DNA from: Candidatus Aenigmatarchaeota archaeon | GTDB lineage: Archaea; Aenigmatarchaeota; Aenigmatarchaeia; QMZP01; QMZT01 | NCBI GenBank assembly: GCA_043808015.1 | Contig: JAZDFI010000008.1 | Coordinates: forward strand, 13,271 to 77,270 | Reading direction: 5' to 3' | DNA: 64,000 bases | Shown here: piece after piece, positions 9,546-18,375 of the stretch | Position numbering within the stretch: position 1 is the first letter of the stretch | Layout of the letters: the number at the start of each line of letters is the position of its first letter | Made by a program: the position numbers and the translations under genes | Notes under the pieces: model-generated | What the model was told of the DNA's origin: nothing | Databases searched by the model: none | What the model saw: only the letters and a program-made list of their open reading frames with translations

Positions 9546-11240
9546 CTTGGTTATTTCGCTAATGAAGTCATCAATCTTAACGTTAAATTTCACCTTACCA
9601 TCTCTCGTTCTAACTGCCAAAGTGTTATTTTTTTCCTCTTTATCGCCAATTGTAATTACAAAAGGTATTTTATTTACAGCCGCATCCCTTACTTTGTATT
9701 CCACTGTGTTCGATTTCAGGTCGCATTCCGCCCTTATCCCCGCATTTTCAAGGCTTTTCAAGATTTCACCGGCCGCCTTATTGTTCCTGTCCGTGAAGGA
9801 CAGGACGCGCACCTGGACAGGCGAGAGCCAGACCGGAAGGTTGCCGTCAAAGTGCTCGAGAAGTATGCCTATGAACCTTTCCAAAGAGCCGTATATGACC
9901 CTGTGCAACATTACCGGCCGATGGTCCTCGTTGTCTTCCCCTTTGTACGTCAGGTCGAACCTTTCCGGCATGGCGAAGTCGAGTTGTATGGTTGCGCACT
10001 GCCAGGTCCTGCCCTGGCTGTCCTTGATGTGATAATCAATTTTCGGGCCGTAAAACGCACCATCGCCCTTGTTTATCTTGAAGTTCATTTTTTTGTGTTT
10101 GAGTGTCTCCTCGAGCTTCGCCTCCGCCTTGTCCCATATTTTGTCGTCGCCTATCCTTTTCTCGGGCCTGGTGGAAAGCTCGACGTGGTATTCGAACCCG
10201 AACTTTTTGTAAAATTTATCGACCAGTTCCATTATCCTTCCTATCTCGCTCTCCAGTTGTTCTTCGGTGCAGAAGATGTGCGCGTCGTCCTGAGTGAAGC
10301 GAATTACCCTGAAAAGCCCTGTGAGCACGCCGGACAGCTCCTGGCGGTGGACTACGCCAAGCTCGCCGACGCGAAGGGGGAGATCTTTGTAGGACTTGGG
10401 CCTGTTCTTGTAAACCATCATCCCTCCGGGGCAGTTCATGGGCTTGACGGCAAAGCTCCGGCCCTCGTACTCGGTTATGAAGTTGTTCTGGTATTTCTCC
10501 CAATGGCCTGAAATCTGCCACAACTTCTTGTCCATGATTTGCGGAGTCGAAATCTCCTGGTATCCAGCCTTCCTGTGCTGCTCCCTCCAGAAGCTGATTA
10601 GTTCGTTATATATGGTGAGACCCTTATCATGCCAGAACACCATACCTGGAGCGACTTCGCTGAAGCTGAAGAGGTCCATCTTCTGGCCGAGTATGCGGTG
10701 ATCGTTGTCCTTGAGGTTATCCTTGTCGAGCCGCGTCTTCGAGATGTCTCTCATAAGCTGCTTGTAGTCAAAACTCTCTTCCTTCGTTACCTTGGTTTTT
10801 GTTTTGGTCCTCTCGACCCCCTCGGGCAGTATGTCCCTGCTGAGCTCCGAAAGAGGATGCCCCTTGCACTTTATGTCGAAGGCCTTGTACCAGCCGAAGG
10901 GAGCGCGCTTAACCGGGACTTTCGCTTCGATTAGCGCTTCTTCCACGCCCTTGAGCACGTAGAGAGCGGAATCCGGCGACGATAGATCGCTGGACAGGTG
11001 GGCATACGGATAAACGACTACGTTTTTGGCGTTTACCTGGTTTCTGACGGATATGATTTCCTTGGCGGCTTTCTTGACCACGTCATCGAGGTTTGCCTGG
11101 TCCAGCTTCTCGACCGCGCTGAACACGACGAGGGCGTCTTCGACTCGTACGGGTTTCTTCTCGATTTCCTCCGCGCTTGAAATGGCTTTCTTCTTCGGCT
11201 CCCACTCTATGAAATCCGAATGCAGCAATAATATCTTCAT
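9513..11240 (-). CDS. thrS: Threonyl-tRNA synthetase, archaeal type with N-terminal archaeal editing domain
   Basis: 575 aa. Starts MKILLLHSDFIEWEPKKKAI. Class II core (FWHDKG, RVIRFTQDDAHIF) and a C-terminal anticodon-binding domain. Confidence 0.9.
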   Translation of the reverse strand: MKILLLHSDFIEWEPKKKAISSAEEIEKKPVRVEDALVVFSAVEKLDQANLDDVVKKAAKEIISVRNQVNAKNVVVYPYAHLSSDLSSPDSALYVLKGVEEALIEAKVPVKRAPFGWYKAFDIKCKGHPLSELSRDILPEGVERTKTKTKVTKEESFDYKQLMRDISKTRLDKDNLKDNDHRILGQKMDLFSFSEVAPGMVFWHDKGLTIYNELISFWREQHRKAGYQEISTPQIMDKKLWQISGHWEKYQNNFITEYEGRSFAVKPMNCPGGMMVYKNRPKSYKDLPLRVGELGVVHRQELSGVLTGLFRVIRFTQDDAHIFCTEEQLESEIGRIMELVDKFYKKFGFEYHVELSTRPEKRIGDDKIWDKAEAKLEETLKHKKMNFKINKGDGAFYGPKIDYHIKDSQGRTWQCATIQLDFAMPERFDLTYKGEDNEDHRPVMLHRVIYGSLERFIGILLEHFDGNLPVWLSPVQVRVLSFTDRNNKAAGEILKSLENAGIRAECDLKSNTVEYKVRDAAVNKIPFVITIGDKEEKNNTLAVRTRDGKVKFNVKIDDFISEITKLIKKRESVIS

Positions 11241-11414
11241 CCGCCATCACCTTTATCTTTATTTTTTACCATCACGGTTAATTAAACTCCCGGCTGGCCG
11301 GAGACAAATAAAAATCAGCCCGGCCGCAGACCTTTGGCTAGCACGTGGTCGTCGTAGTCGTCGTTTCGCTAGCGGTCTTGCCGGAATTCATAGAAGTTAA
11401 TTGTACAGGAAAGT

Positions 11415-12263
11415 TTAAAAGTTTTTCAGGAACGAGTAAACGCATTCCGGCAGCTTCTCGCTGTATCCGCCTTCCAGCACTGCGAATCTCGATATTTTCA
11501 GATCGGCTATCATCTTGGCGATTTTTGCATAAGTGGCGACGTTGAGCTTCAGCCCGCCAATCGGGTCGCCATCGAGCGTGTCGAAGCCCGCCGATATAGC
11601 CAGCGCATCCGGCTTGAAGTTTTCTATTATCTCCATCGCAGCTCCGAGCCTGTCGAGATAAAGCGTTTCTTCCGTCCCTGCGTCGAGCGGGAAGTTGTAA
11701 CAGTTCGCTTCAGAATGCTTGCCGGTGCCCGGATAGAAAAACGCTCCATATTGATGCAGCGATACGACTATCACGTTCTTTTTGCCAAGAAAGATTTCCT
11801 GCGTGCCGTTGCAGTGATGTACGTCGATGTCGAGAACCGCGACCTTCTTTTTCTGTTGCAGAAGCCTCGAGACCGCGAGCGCGATGTTGTTGAAATAGCA
11901 GAATCCCTCGAAATTCGTCTTGCCCGCGTGATGGCCGGGCGGGCGCATTAACGAGAATGCTTTTCCTTCCTTCAGCGATATATCGGCGGCCAGCATAGCC
12001 GCTCCTGCAGCGAGTTTCGCGTGGTCGTAAATGCCCGGGAGCGCTGGCGTTTCCGGATTGAAGAAACGGTCGTGCTTTATTTCGTTGACCATCGCCTTAG
12101 AATGGACGAGCAGCAGGTCCTGCCGCTCGCACGGCTCCGGCTGGACGAACTCGAAGCCCTTGAAATTCTGCAGGAACTCGTAACTCCTTCTCACCCGCGC
12201 GCTCGACTCGGGGTGGCCCGGCGCATCGTATCCGAGACACTTGGGCGAGAATATTATCTTCAT
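11415..12263 (-). CDS. Histone deacetylase-family (AcuC/Aph-like) zinc deacetylase
   Basis: Motifs PPGHHAGKTNFEGFCYFNN, DIDVHHCNGTQEIF, SAGFDTLDGDPIGG and LEGGYS. Start moved to MKIIFSPK (ATG 12263). The upstream 83 codons of the ORF overlap the divergent primase gene. Confidence 0.8.
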   Translation of the reverse strand: MKIIFSPKCLGYDAPGHPESSARVRRSYEFLQNFKGFEFVQPEPCERQDLLLVHSKAMVNEIKHDRFFNPETPALPGIYDHAKLAAGAAMLAADISLKEGKAFSLMRPPGHHAGKTNFEGFCYFNNIALAVSRLLQQKKKVAVLDIDVHHCNGTQEIFLGKKNVIVVSLHQYGAFFYPGTGKHSEANCYNFPLDAGTEETLYLDRLGAAMEIIENFKPDALAISAGFDTLDGDPIGGLKLNVATYAKIAKMIADLKISRFAVLEGGYSEKLPECVYSFLKNF

Positions 12264-12323
12264 ATATAATACATGGGGAGGCGTATCAAATAATTTAACC
12301 CCTGCCCCCAATCTATAGGTATT

Positions 12324-13637
12324 ATGATGGATTTGAGAGGGGTGCACGAGTATTATGCAAGGGAGGATGTGCAGAACTTCCTGCTCGAGTTCGGTAGAGA
12401 CAGGGAAGTCGTTGGCGTGTTCAGGAACGGCAGTTTCTCTCAGAGGCCTAACGTCGTTCTCTACCCGAATGACGTTCTCGCTATGGTCAAGACGGGCGTC
12501 GTCGAATTCCACTCGTCTCTCGAACGTTGGTCACAGCCCATGAGCCTGAAGCAGGACAACCATGGCCAGCTGCGCAAGGGATGGGACCTCATAATGGACG
12601 TGGACTGCGAGCTTTTCGAGCACGGCAAAATCGCCTCGGAGGCGTTCATCTGGGGCCTGCGCAAGCACGATATAAAAAACGTGTCCATAAAGTTCACTGG
12701 CGGCACTGGGTTCCACATAGGCATACCATGGGAGTCGATACCAAACGTCATAGACTATAAACCAGCGGCTTCCCTTTATCCCGAGCTCGCCCGAAAGATG
12801 GTGCTGTACCTGAAAGATTATGTTTTTGAAAGGCTGGAAAAGAACCTGTTCAAAAAATTCTCGGCCGAGGAAATGGCACAGCAGGTGAACAAGCCTCTCG
12901 GCAAGATACTCACGGAAGACGGCCTGAACGCGTACGCGGTGGTCGACGTCGACCCGGTCCTCATATCGCCGCGGCATCTATTTAGAATGCCTTACTCGCT
13001 AAACGCGAAGACGTTTCTCGTTTCGCTGCCCATCGATCCAGACAGGCTTGACAGCTTCGACCGCATGCAGGCCAAGGCAGAGCGCGTGCGAGTGCTGACG
13101 CCCTTCCTCTCCGGCGAAGGCAGGGACGGCGAAGCCGATACGCTCATAGCCGAGGCGCTGGACTGGAACGCGCGGATGCGCAAGAAGGAGGAGAAGCGGC
13201 TCGAACACAGAAACGAGATAACACGACCCGTCCCCATCGAGCGTTTCCCGCCGTGCGTCAAGAACATACTGAACGGGCTGCAGGATGGACGAAAGCGCTC
13301 GATGTTCATCCTCATCAACTTCCTGCGCTCCTCAAAGTGGACGTGGGACGACATAGAGAAGTTCGTCACCGAATGGAACAAGAGCAACAAGCCGCCGCTT
13401 CCGGAGAGCCACGTCCGCTCGCATATAAGATGGCACAGGACGAGGAACAAGGAAGTCCTGCCTCCGAATTGTTCGAACGAGGGATGGTACAAGAACTTCG
13501 GCGTGTGCGCGCCTGACGAGAAATGCGCCAAGGTAAAGAATCCGGTCAACTACGCGCTCCGCGGCATGAAGGCCGAGGAAGAGAAGAAAGACAAAACAAA
13601 AACCAAAACTAAGAAGCGCGCCCGCCGTCAGATGTAA
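12324..13637 (+). CDS. priS: DNA primase: PriS catalytic domain fused to a PriL C-terminal (Fe-S)-like domain
   Basis: PriS motifs DLIMDVDCE, FTGGTGFHIGIPW and VDPVLISPRHLFRMPYSLNAKT. C-terminal part: FPPCVKNILNGLQDGRKRSMFILINFLR...PPNC...GVCAPDEKC, with four Cys spaced like the PriL-CTD cluster ligands. Confidence 0.8.
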   Translation: MMDLRGVHEYYAREDVQNFLLEFGRDREVVGVFRNGSFSQRPNVVLYPNDVLAMVKTGVVEFHSSLERWSQPMSLKQDNHGQLRKGWDLIMDVDCELFEHGKIASEAFIWGLRKHDIKNVSIKFTGGTGFHIGIPWESIPNVIDYKPAASLYPELARKMVLYLKDYVFERLEKNLFKKFSAEEMAQQVNKPLGKILTEDGLNAYAVVDVDPVLISPRHLFRMPYSLNAKTFLVSLPIDPDRLDSFDRMQAKAERVRVLTPFLSGEGRDGEADTLIAEALDWNARMRKKEEKRLEHRNEITRPVPIERFPPCVKNILNGLQDGRKRSMFILINFLRSSKWTWDDIEKFVTEWNKSNKPPLPESHVRSHIRWHRTRNKEVLPPNCSNEGWYKNFGVCAPDEKCAKVKNPVNYALRGMKAEEEKKDKTKTKTKKRARRQM

Positions 13638-13792
13638 AAACTTGTCCAGCAGAATTTCCAGTCGACGCAGTTGCTGAAGCCGCCATTCTCATTTGTACAA
13701 CAGTCTCTGCATAGCGGTTTCTGCGTTTTCTTGCACACCACGACTTTCAATGTTTTAGTGCATTTTTCGCACGCGTGCTTTTCGCTTTCCAT
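13628..13792 (-). CDS. Small Cys-rich ORF (54 aa), unknown function
   Basis: Not in the ORF track (under 60 aa). Hand translation: MESEKHACEKCTKTLKVVVCKKTQKPLCRDCCTNENGGFSNCVDWKFCWTSFYI, with 9 Cys. Its TGA overlaps the primase stop region. Confidence 0.3.
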   Translation of the reverse strand: MESEKHACEKCTKTLKVVVCKKTQKPLCRDCCTNENGGFSNCVDWKFCWTSFYI

Positions 13793-13876
13793 CAGAACAC
13801 TGGTGATTTTTAATTTAGAAATGTAGTTAGTTGGATTACTAATAAGCTTGATTGCGTGTGTTCCAGAAAAAACTGC

Positions 13877-13996
13877 TTAACCCCTCTTCAGCTTCTCAAG
13901 CCTGACAGAACCGCATTTGGGGCAGACTTTCGTCGCCGGCTCCATTATGACGGGCTTGACGTCTTTCCCGCACTGCAGACATCTGTATTTTGCCAT
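13877..13996 (-). CDS. rpoP: Zinc-ribbon protein resembling RNA polymerase subunit P (Rpo12)
   Basis: Not in the ORF track. Hand translation: MAKYRCLQCGKDVKPVIMEPATKVCPKCGSVRLEKLKRG (39 aa). The Y-x-C-x2-C...C-P-x-C-G pattern matches archaeal RpoP. Confidence 0.45.
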   Translation of the reverse strand: MAKYRCLQCGKDVKPVIMEPATKVCPKCGSVRLEKLKRG

Positions 13997-14035
13997 GATT
14001 GTTATTCATGCTGGCAGAATTTAAATTCGCTGGCA

Positions 14036-15112
14036 TTAGTCCATGTGCAGCTCGACGATGTCGCCGTCCCTGAGAAGATGTTTTATGCCGACCTTCTGGC
14101 CATCAAATCTTGCCGTCGGTCCCCATATGCGCGCGTGGTCAAGATTCCTGGCGAACTCCCTGTGTATGCGTTCCGCTGCATCGTATACTGTCACGCCTTT
14201 CTTCATTATGAGCGGTTTTTCCATGTCCGGCGGCTTGCCGATTCGCTTCAGGTATATCCTGACCAGCTCGAGACGATTCCATATCGCCCTCTTCATCTCT
14301 TCCACACCCTCGCCCTTCAGTGATGAGATTTTCATATAATCCTTTGGAATAGTTTTCCTCCGCTCGTCCGTAAGGAGGTCGGACTTGGAAAAAACAATCA
14401 TCACCTTGACGTAAGCCCTGTTGCCTGACGTCGCGTCAATCAGTCGGTCGAGCGTTATGTCCTCGCGAATTATGACGTCGGCGTTGTGTATGCCGCGCTC
14501 GTTCATGATCAACTTGACCATTTTTTCGTCAACGTGCCGCAGGCGTACGCCTGCACTCACTTTGACTCCACCCCTGTCAGTCTTTTTTATCGTCACGTTC
14601 GGCGGTTTTTCGTTCAGCCTGAATCCCGCTTCGTAAAGTTCGCGCTGTATAACTTGCAGCTGCTGCGCGCTTTCTATCATTATCAGAATCAAATCGGCAT
14701 TCCTTACAACCGAGAATATCTCCTTGCCGCGCCCGCGGCCGGCTGAAGCGCCAGTCACGATGCCTGGGATGTCCAGGACCTGTATTTTCGCGGAGTTGTA
14801 TTCCAGTACGCCCGGCACGACGTCTAGAGTCGTGAAGTCGTATTCTCCGACCTTCGAATCCGCGGATGTTATCTTGTTAAGCAGCGTCGATTTGCCGACG
14901 GAAGGAAAGCCAACCAGCAGAACCGTCGCGTCTCCGCATTTCTTGACAGAAAAAACCTTACCGCCCACACCAGACTTGCCGCCGCTTTCTATTTCCTCCT
15001 TCAGTCGCGCTAGTTTACACTTCAGCTGGCCGACGTGGTATTGCGTGGCCTTGTTGTATTTGGTTTTGTGTATCTCCTCTTCTATCTTCTTCATTTCCTC
15101 TTCGCGACCCAT
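14036..15112 (-). CDS. DRG/Obg-family GTPase with C-terminal TGS domain
   Basis: G1 GFPSVGKSTLLN, G3 DIPG, G4 SKSD, and a TGS-like C-terminus (VTVYDAAERIHREF...DGDIVELH). Confidence 0.85.
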   Translation of the reverse strand: MGREEEMKKIEEEIHKTKYNKATQYHVGQLKCKLARLKEEIESGGKSGVGGKVFSVKKCGDATVLLVGFPSVGKSTLLNKITSADSKVGEYDFTTLDVVPGVLEYNSAKIQVLDIPGIVTGASAGRGRGKEIFSVVRNADLILIMIESAQQLQVIQRELYEAGFRLNEKPPNVTIKKTDRGGVKVSAGVRLRHVDEKMVKLIMNERGIHNADVIIREDITLDRLIDATSGNRAYVKVMIVFSKSDLLTDERRKTIPKDYMKISSLKGEGVEEMKRAIWNRLELVRIYLKRIGKPPDMEKPLIMKKGVTVYDAAERIHREFARNLDHARIWGPTARFDGQKVGIKHLLRDGDIVELHMD

Positions 15113-15151
15113 ATGCCCTCTTTTATTATGGAGTTTTCAGAATTATATTAT

Positions 15152-16792
15152 ATGGCTTTGCCTCTTTTATTCGATATTGGCATGATTATAGTCATTTCTG
15201 CGGTCCTAGCATACGTTGCCAAGTTTCTCAGACAACCGATACTGGTCGCATACGTGATTGCCGGCATTATCGTAGGACCCATGGGCATGGGCATAATAAC
15301 TAACAGCGAAGAGATAGCGTTACTGTCGGAGCTGGGCATAGTTTTCCTGCTGTTTTCCGTAGGGCTGGAGATAGATTTCCGCAAGCTCAGGCATGTGGGA
15401 TTCTCGTCGCTGGTCGGCGGCGCGATACAGATAGCGCTCATGTTCGGCCTCGGTTTCGTCGTCGCTGGCATGTTCGGTCTGGGCTCGATGCTCGCCGTTT
15501 ACATCGGCCTTTTGCTGGCGTTTTCGAGCACCATGATAGTCGCCAAGATACTCGCGGACAAGGATGAACTCAACACCATGCACGGCAGGATAATGCTGGG
15601 CATACTGCTCCTGCAGGACGTCATCGCCATAATCGTTCTTCCGCTGATGGCGAACATGGCGGCGGTAACGTCGCTTGATTTTACGTTGTCCATCGCCATG
15701 CGCGGCCTGGGGCTTTTCGCCCTTGCCATAGTTCTGAACAAATTTTTCTTCCCGCTCATACTCGACTACGCCGCGGAGAGGCATGAAGTCCTGTTCGTCA
15801 CGGCGGTCGCGAACTGCTTCTTCTTCATAGGCGCCTCGTATTTCCTCGGCTTTTCGATAGCGATAGGCGGCTTCATAGCCGGCATATCGATGGCCAACTT
15901 CCCGTACAACGTCGAAATCGCTGGAGAAGTCCACGCGCTGAGAGACTTCTTCTCGATACTGTTCTTCTCGACGCTCGGCATGCAGGTCAATTTCCTGGTC
16001 TTGCAGCAGTCGCTTCCGCTTTTCGTGACGCTCATGCTTTTGCTCGTGCTGCTCAAGCCGGTACTGCTATCGTTCATCTATCTCCTGCTCGGATACGGCG
16101 GCAGGACGTCCGGATACATCGGTCTTGGCCTCGGCCAATCCAGCGAGTTCATGTTCATACTGGCCGCCGAGATGCTCGTCATAGGCTCCATAACGCGCGA
16201 ATTTTATTCGCTGATCATAAGCGTCGTCGTGCTTTCGATAGTAATCACTCCATATGCCATGAACGCCAGGAGCGGTTTCTATAATATGTTCTCCCGTTTC
16301 AGGCTGCCGAAGCGTCTGCTGCATCCGAAAAGCATCCACGTCATAGAGAACCAGCCGAAAGACCAGATGAAAGCGCATGTCATAGTTTTCGGGGCGCACA
16401 GGATGGGAGGTAAAATAATAAAATACCTGGCCAGCGTGAAAGAGAAGTTCGTGGTCATAGAGCGCGACCCCGAGATAGTCAAGGAGCTCGGCAGGCAGAA
16501 CGTTTACATAAAATATGGCGACGCGGAAAACGAGGAGATACTCGAAAAGGTCGGACTCGCCAAAGCCAGGATGGTGATACTCACCATACCTTATGCCGAC
16601 ACATCGTCGTTCGTGATAAGAAGGGCCAGGAGGCTCAATCCCGGCATCAGGATCATAGCCCGCGCCCAGTGTGAACAGGACGCCGAAAGCCTTTATCTCG
16701 CCGGCGCGGACGCGGTCATAATACCCGAGATCGTTTCAGCGGAGAAAATAATAAAGAAAATAGACCATTTTCGTAAAGAGAAAAAACTATGA
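15152..16792 (+). CDS. CPA2 (Kef-type) cation:proton antiporter with C-terminal RCK/TrkA-N domain
   Basis: MALPLLFDIGMIIVISAVLAYVAKFLRQPILVAYVIAGIIVGP plus about 12 TMs. RCK domain: HVIVFGAHRMGGKI. The ORF start at 15035 overlaps the divergent DRG gene; 15128 or 15152 is more plausible. Confidence 0.8.
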   Translation: MALPLLFDIGMIIVISAVLAYVAKFLRQPILVAYVIAGIIVGPMGMGIITNSEEIALLSELGIVFLLFSVGLEIDFRKLRHVGFSSLVGGAIQIALMFGLGFVVAGMFGLGSMLAVYIGLLLAFSSTMIVAKILADKDELNTMHGRIMLGILLLQDVIAIIVLPLMANMAAVTSLDFTLSIAMRGLGLFALAIVLNKFFFPLILDYAAERHEVLFVTAVANCFFFIGASYFLGFSIAIGGFIAGISMANFPYNVEIAGEVHALRDFFSILFFSTLGMQVNFLVLQQSLPLFVTLMLLLVLLKPVLLSFIYLLLGYGGRTSGYIGLGLGQSSEFMFILAAEMLVIGSITREFYSLIISVVVLSIVITPYAMNARSGFYNMFSRFRLPKRLLHPKSIHVIENQPKDQMKAHVIVFGAHRMGGKIIKYLASVKEKFVVIERDPEIVKELGRQNVYIKYGDAENEEILEKVGLAKARMVILTIPYADTSSFVIRRARRLNPGIRIIARAQCEQDAESLYLAGADAVIIPEIVSAEKIIKKIDHFRKEKKL

Positions 16793-17601
16793 GACACGCA
16801 ATTTCTGCAGAACCCGTCCCGAAAGACCAGCATCTAATGACGAATCAGGGCACAGTTGATAAAATAGTGGCCGCCGCCAAATTGAAGCACGGCGACTACG
16901 TGCTCGAGATAGGTGCCGGTTCTGGTTTGCTGACGTTAAGGCTCGCTAGTAAGGGAGCCAGGGTGCTGGCGATAGAGATGGACAAACGCTTCGCAACAAC
17001 GCTTGGAAAAATCGAGGCGGCTAACGTCGAAATAATATACGCCAATGCCATAGACCTCATCGACAAAATAAAGTTCAACAAGGTAGTGTCCAACATACCG
17101 TATGCCATATGCGAGCCGCTTGTCAGCAGACTGATGAAAAAGGAGTTCGAAATCGCGGTTCTCAGCGTACCGGAGAGCTTCTACAAAATACTCACATCGA
17201 AGCCCGGGGAAAAAACGCATTCCATCCTTTCGCTGAAGGCGCAGAGTTTTTTCAGCACAGAGTTACTGTTCATCATAGACAAAAACGACTTCTCGCCGCC
17301 ACCTAAGACGGAGTCAGTAGCCATCGCCATAAGGCCGCTCTCGAAGAGCGATTACGAAAAAAATCCGGGCGCGTTCGTCTTCAGGGAGCTTTTCATGCAG
17401 AAGACCAAGAAGCTCGGCAACGCCCTGGCTGAAGCGCTCATAAACGCAGGCCGCATGCCACATGGCGAACAGCTCACCAAAAGGACAGCCAAGGCGAAAA
17501 TAAAGGAAATGGAATTAGGCAAGCTGTTGCAAAAGAAAGTCGAAGAGATGCGGCTTGATGATTTAATGGCCGTGAAAAAGAAGCTCACAATTTCTTCATG
17601 A
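16789..17601 (+). CDS. rsmA: 16S rRNA (adenine1518/1519-N6)-dimethyltransferase KsgA/Dim1
   Basis: SAM motif VLEIGAGSGLLT and VVSNIPYAI. The ATG overlaps the Kef stop (ATGA). Confidence 0.85.
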   Translation: MRHAISAEPVPKDQHLMTNQGTVDKIVAAAKLKHGDYVLEIGAGSGLLTLRLASKGARVLAIEMDKRFATTLGKIEAANVEIIYANAIDLIDKIKFNKVVSNIPYAICEPLVSRLMKKEFEIAVLSVPESFYKILTSKPGEKTHSILSLKAQSFFSTELLFIIDKNDFSPPPKTESVAIAIRPLSKSDYEKNPGAFVFRELFMQKTKKLGNALAEALINAGRMPHGEQLTKRTAKAKIKEMELGKLLQKKVEEMRLDDLMAVKKKLTISS

Positions 17602-18295
17602 AGGCTTCGTCACCGGACTGGACGCTTACACCTTTATCGGTTATCTTGTACGGGTGAAGCTTTTTCGAATGGTCGGAGCCGCTCATCTTCCATACCTGTA
17701 TAGCGCGGTTGAATGAGAATTCGTCCCTCTCGTAGTAAAGCACTACCACACTGTCGGTGACGAATTCTTCGACGCCGTAGCGCGAAATCTTGCCCGCGCT
17801 GCCAGGAACGATTTCAGAGACCAGAAGCGCCGTGCATCCCAGCTTGCGCAGGATGACGGAAAGGTTGAAAATCATGCGCCTCAGCTCGGCTTTGTCGCGT
17901 ACGTGGATGCCTAGAGCCGAAACAGAGTCGATTACGACGCGCTGGGCCTTGGTGTCGCGTATGGAGTTCTCGAGTATCTCGAAAACCTCTTCTATGTGAT
18001 AAGGGTCGTATTTTATGAAAGAGAACTTGCCGGCCTTTTCGTAAGGCTCGAAGTTGATGCCGAACTGGCTGACATTGTTCTTTATGCTCTGGGGCATTTC
18101 CTCGAACGACAGGTAAATGCCATTTTCCTTGAACTTGGTCAGGCCGTTGTATATGTATTGCGTGCATATGGTAGTCTTGCCAGTGCCGCAAGTGCCCGAA
18201 AGCAGGACGAGCTGCCCTTTCGGTATGCCGCCATTCATTATTTCGTCAAGGCCTTCTATACCCGTTTTTACGCGCTCCAACATAAGACCAACCAT
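17585..18295 (-). CDS. Single-domain KaiC-like RecA-superfamily ATPase
   Basis: VKTGIEGLDEIMNGGIPKGQLVLLSGTCGTGKTTICTQYIYNG, with Walker B VVIDSVS. Confidence 0.75.
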   Translation of the reverse strand: MVGLMLERVKTGIEGLDEIMNGGIPKGQLVLLSGTCGTGKTTICTQYIYNGLTKFKENGIYLSFEEMPQSIKNNVSQFGINFEPYEKAGKFSFIKYDPYHIEEVFEILENSIRDTKAQRVVIDSVSALGIHVRDKAELRRMIFNLSVILRKLGCTALLVSEIVPGSAGKISRYGVEEFVTDSVVVLYYERDEFSFNRAIQVWKMSGSDHSKKLHPYKITDKGVSVQSGDEAFMKKL

Positions 18296-18375
18296 GAAAA
18301 ATTTACAGTGTTATTCTTTTTCCGAGGCAGTATATATTGTTATTTGTCGCCCGATTCTTAAAAACGATTTTGGCG

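Noticed and set aside
11330-11375. Short GTCGTCGT-type tandem repeats (gtggtcgtcgtagtcgtcgtttcgc), examined as a possible CRISPR array or minisatellite
   Set aside because: There are only two or three imperfect 9-nt units and no repeat-spacer architecture. No CRISPR array or cas genes occur anywhere in the window.
12264-12512. N-terminal 83-codon extension of the deacetylase ORF (11415..12512)
   Set aside because: It overlaps the divergent primase gene. The deacetylase family homology begins at MKIIFSPK.
13856-14323. 155-aa plus-strand ORF
   Set aside because: It is antisense to the RpoP-like ORF and the 3' end of the well-supported DRG GTPase gene. No motifs.
15035-15151. Upstream extension of the Kef-type antiporter ORF
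   Set aside because: It overlaps the divergent DRG coding region. The conserved N-terminus of CPA2 proteins matches the start at MALPLLFD.
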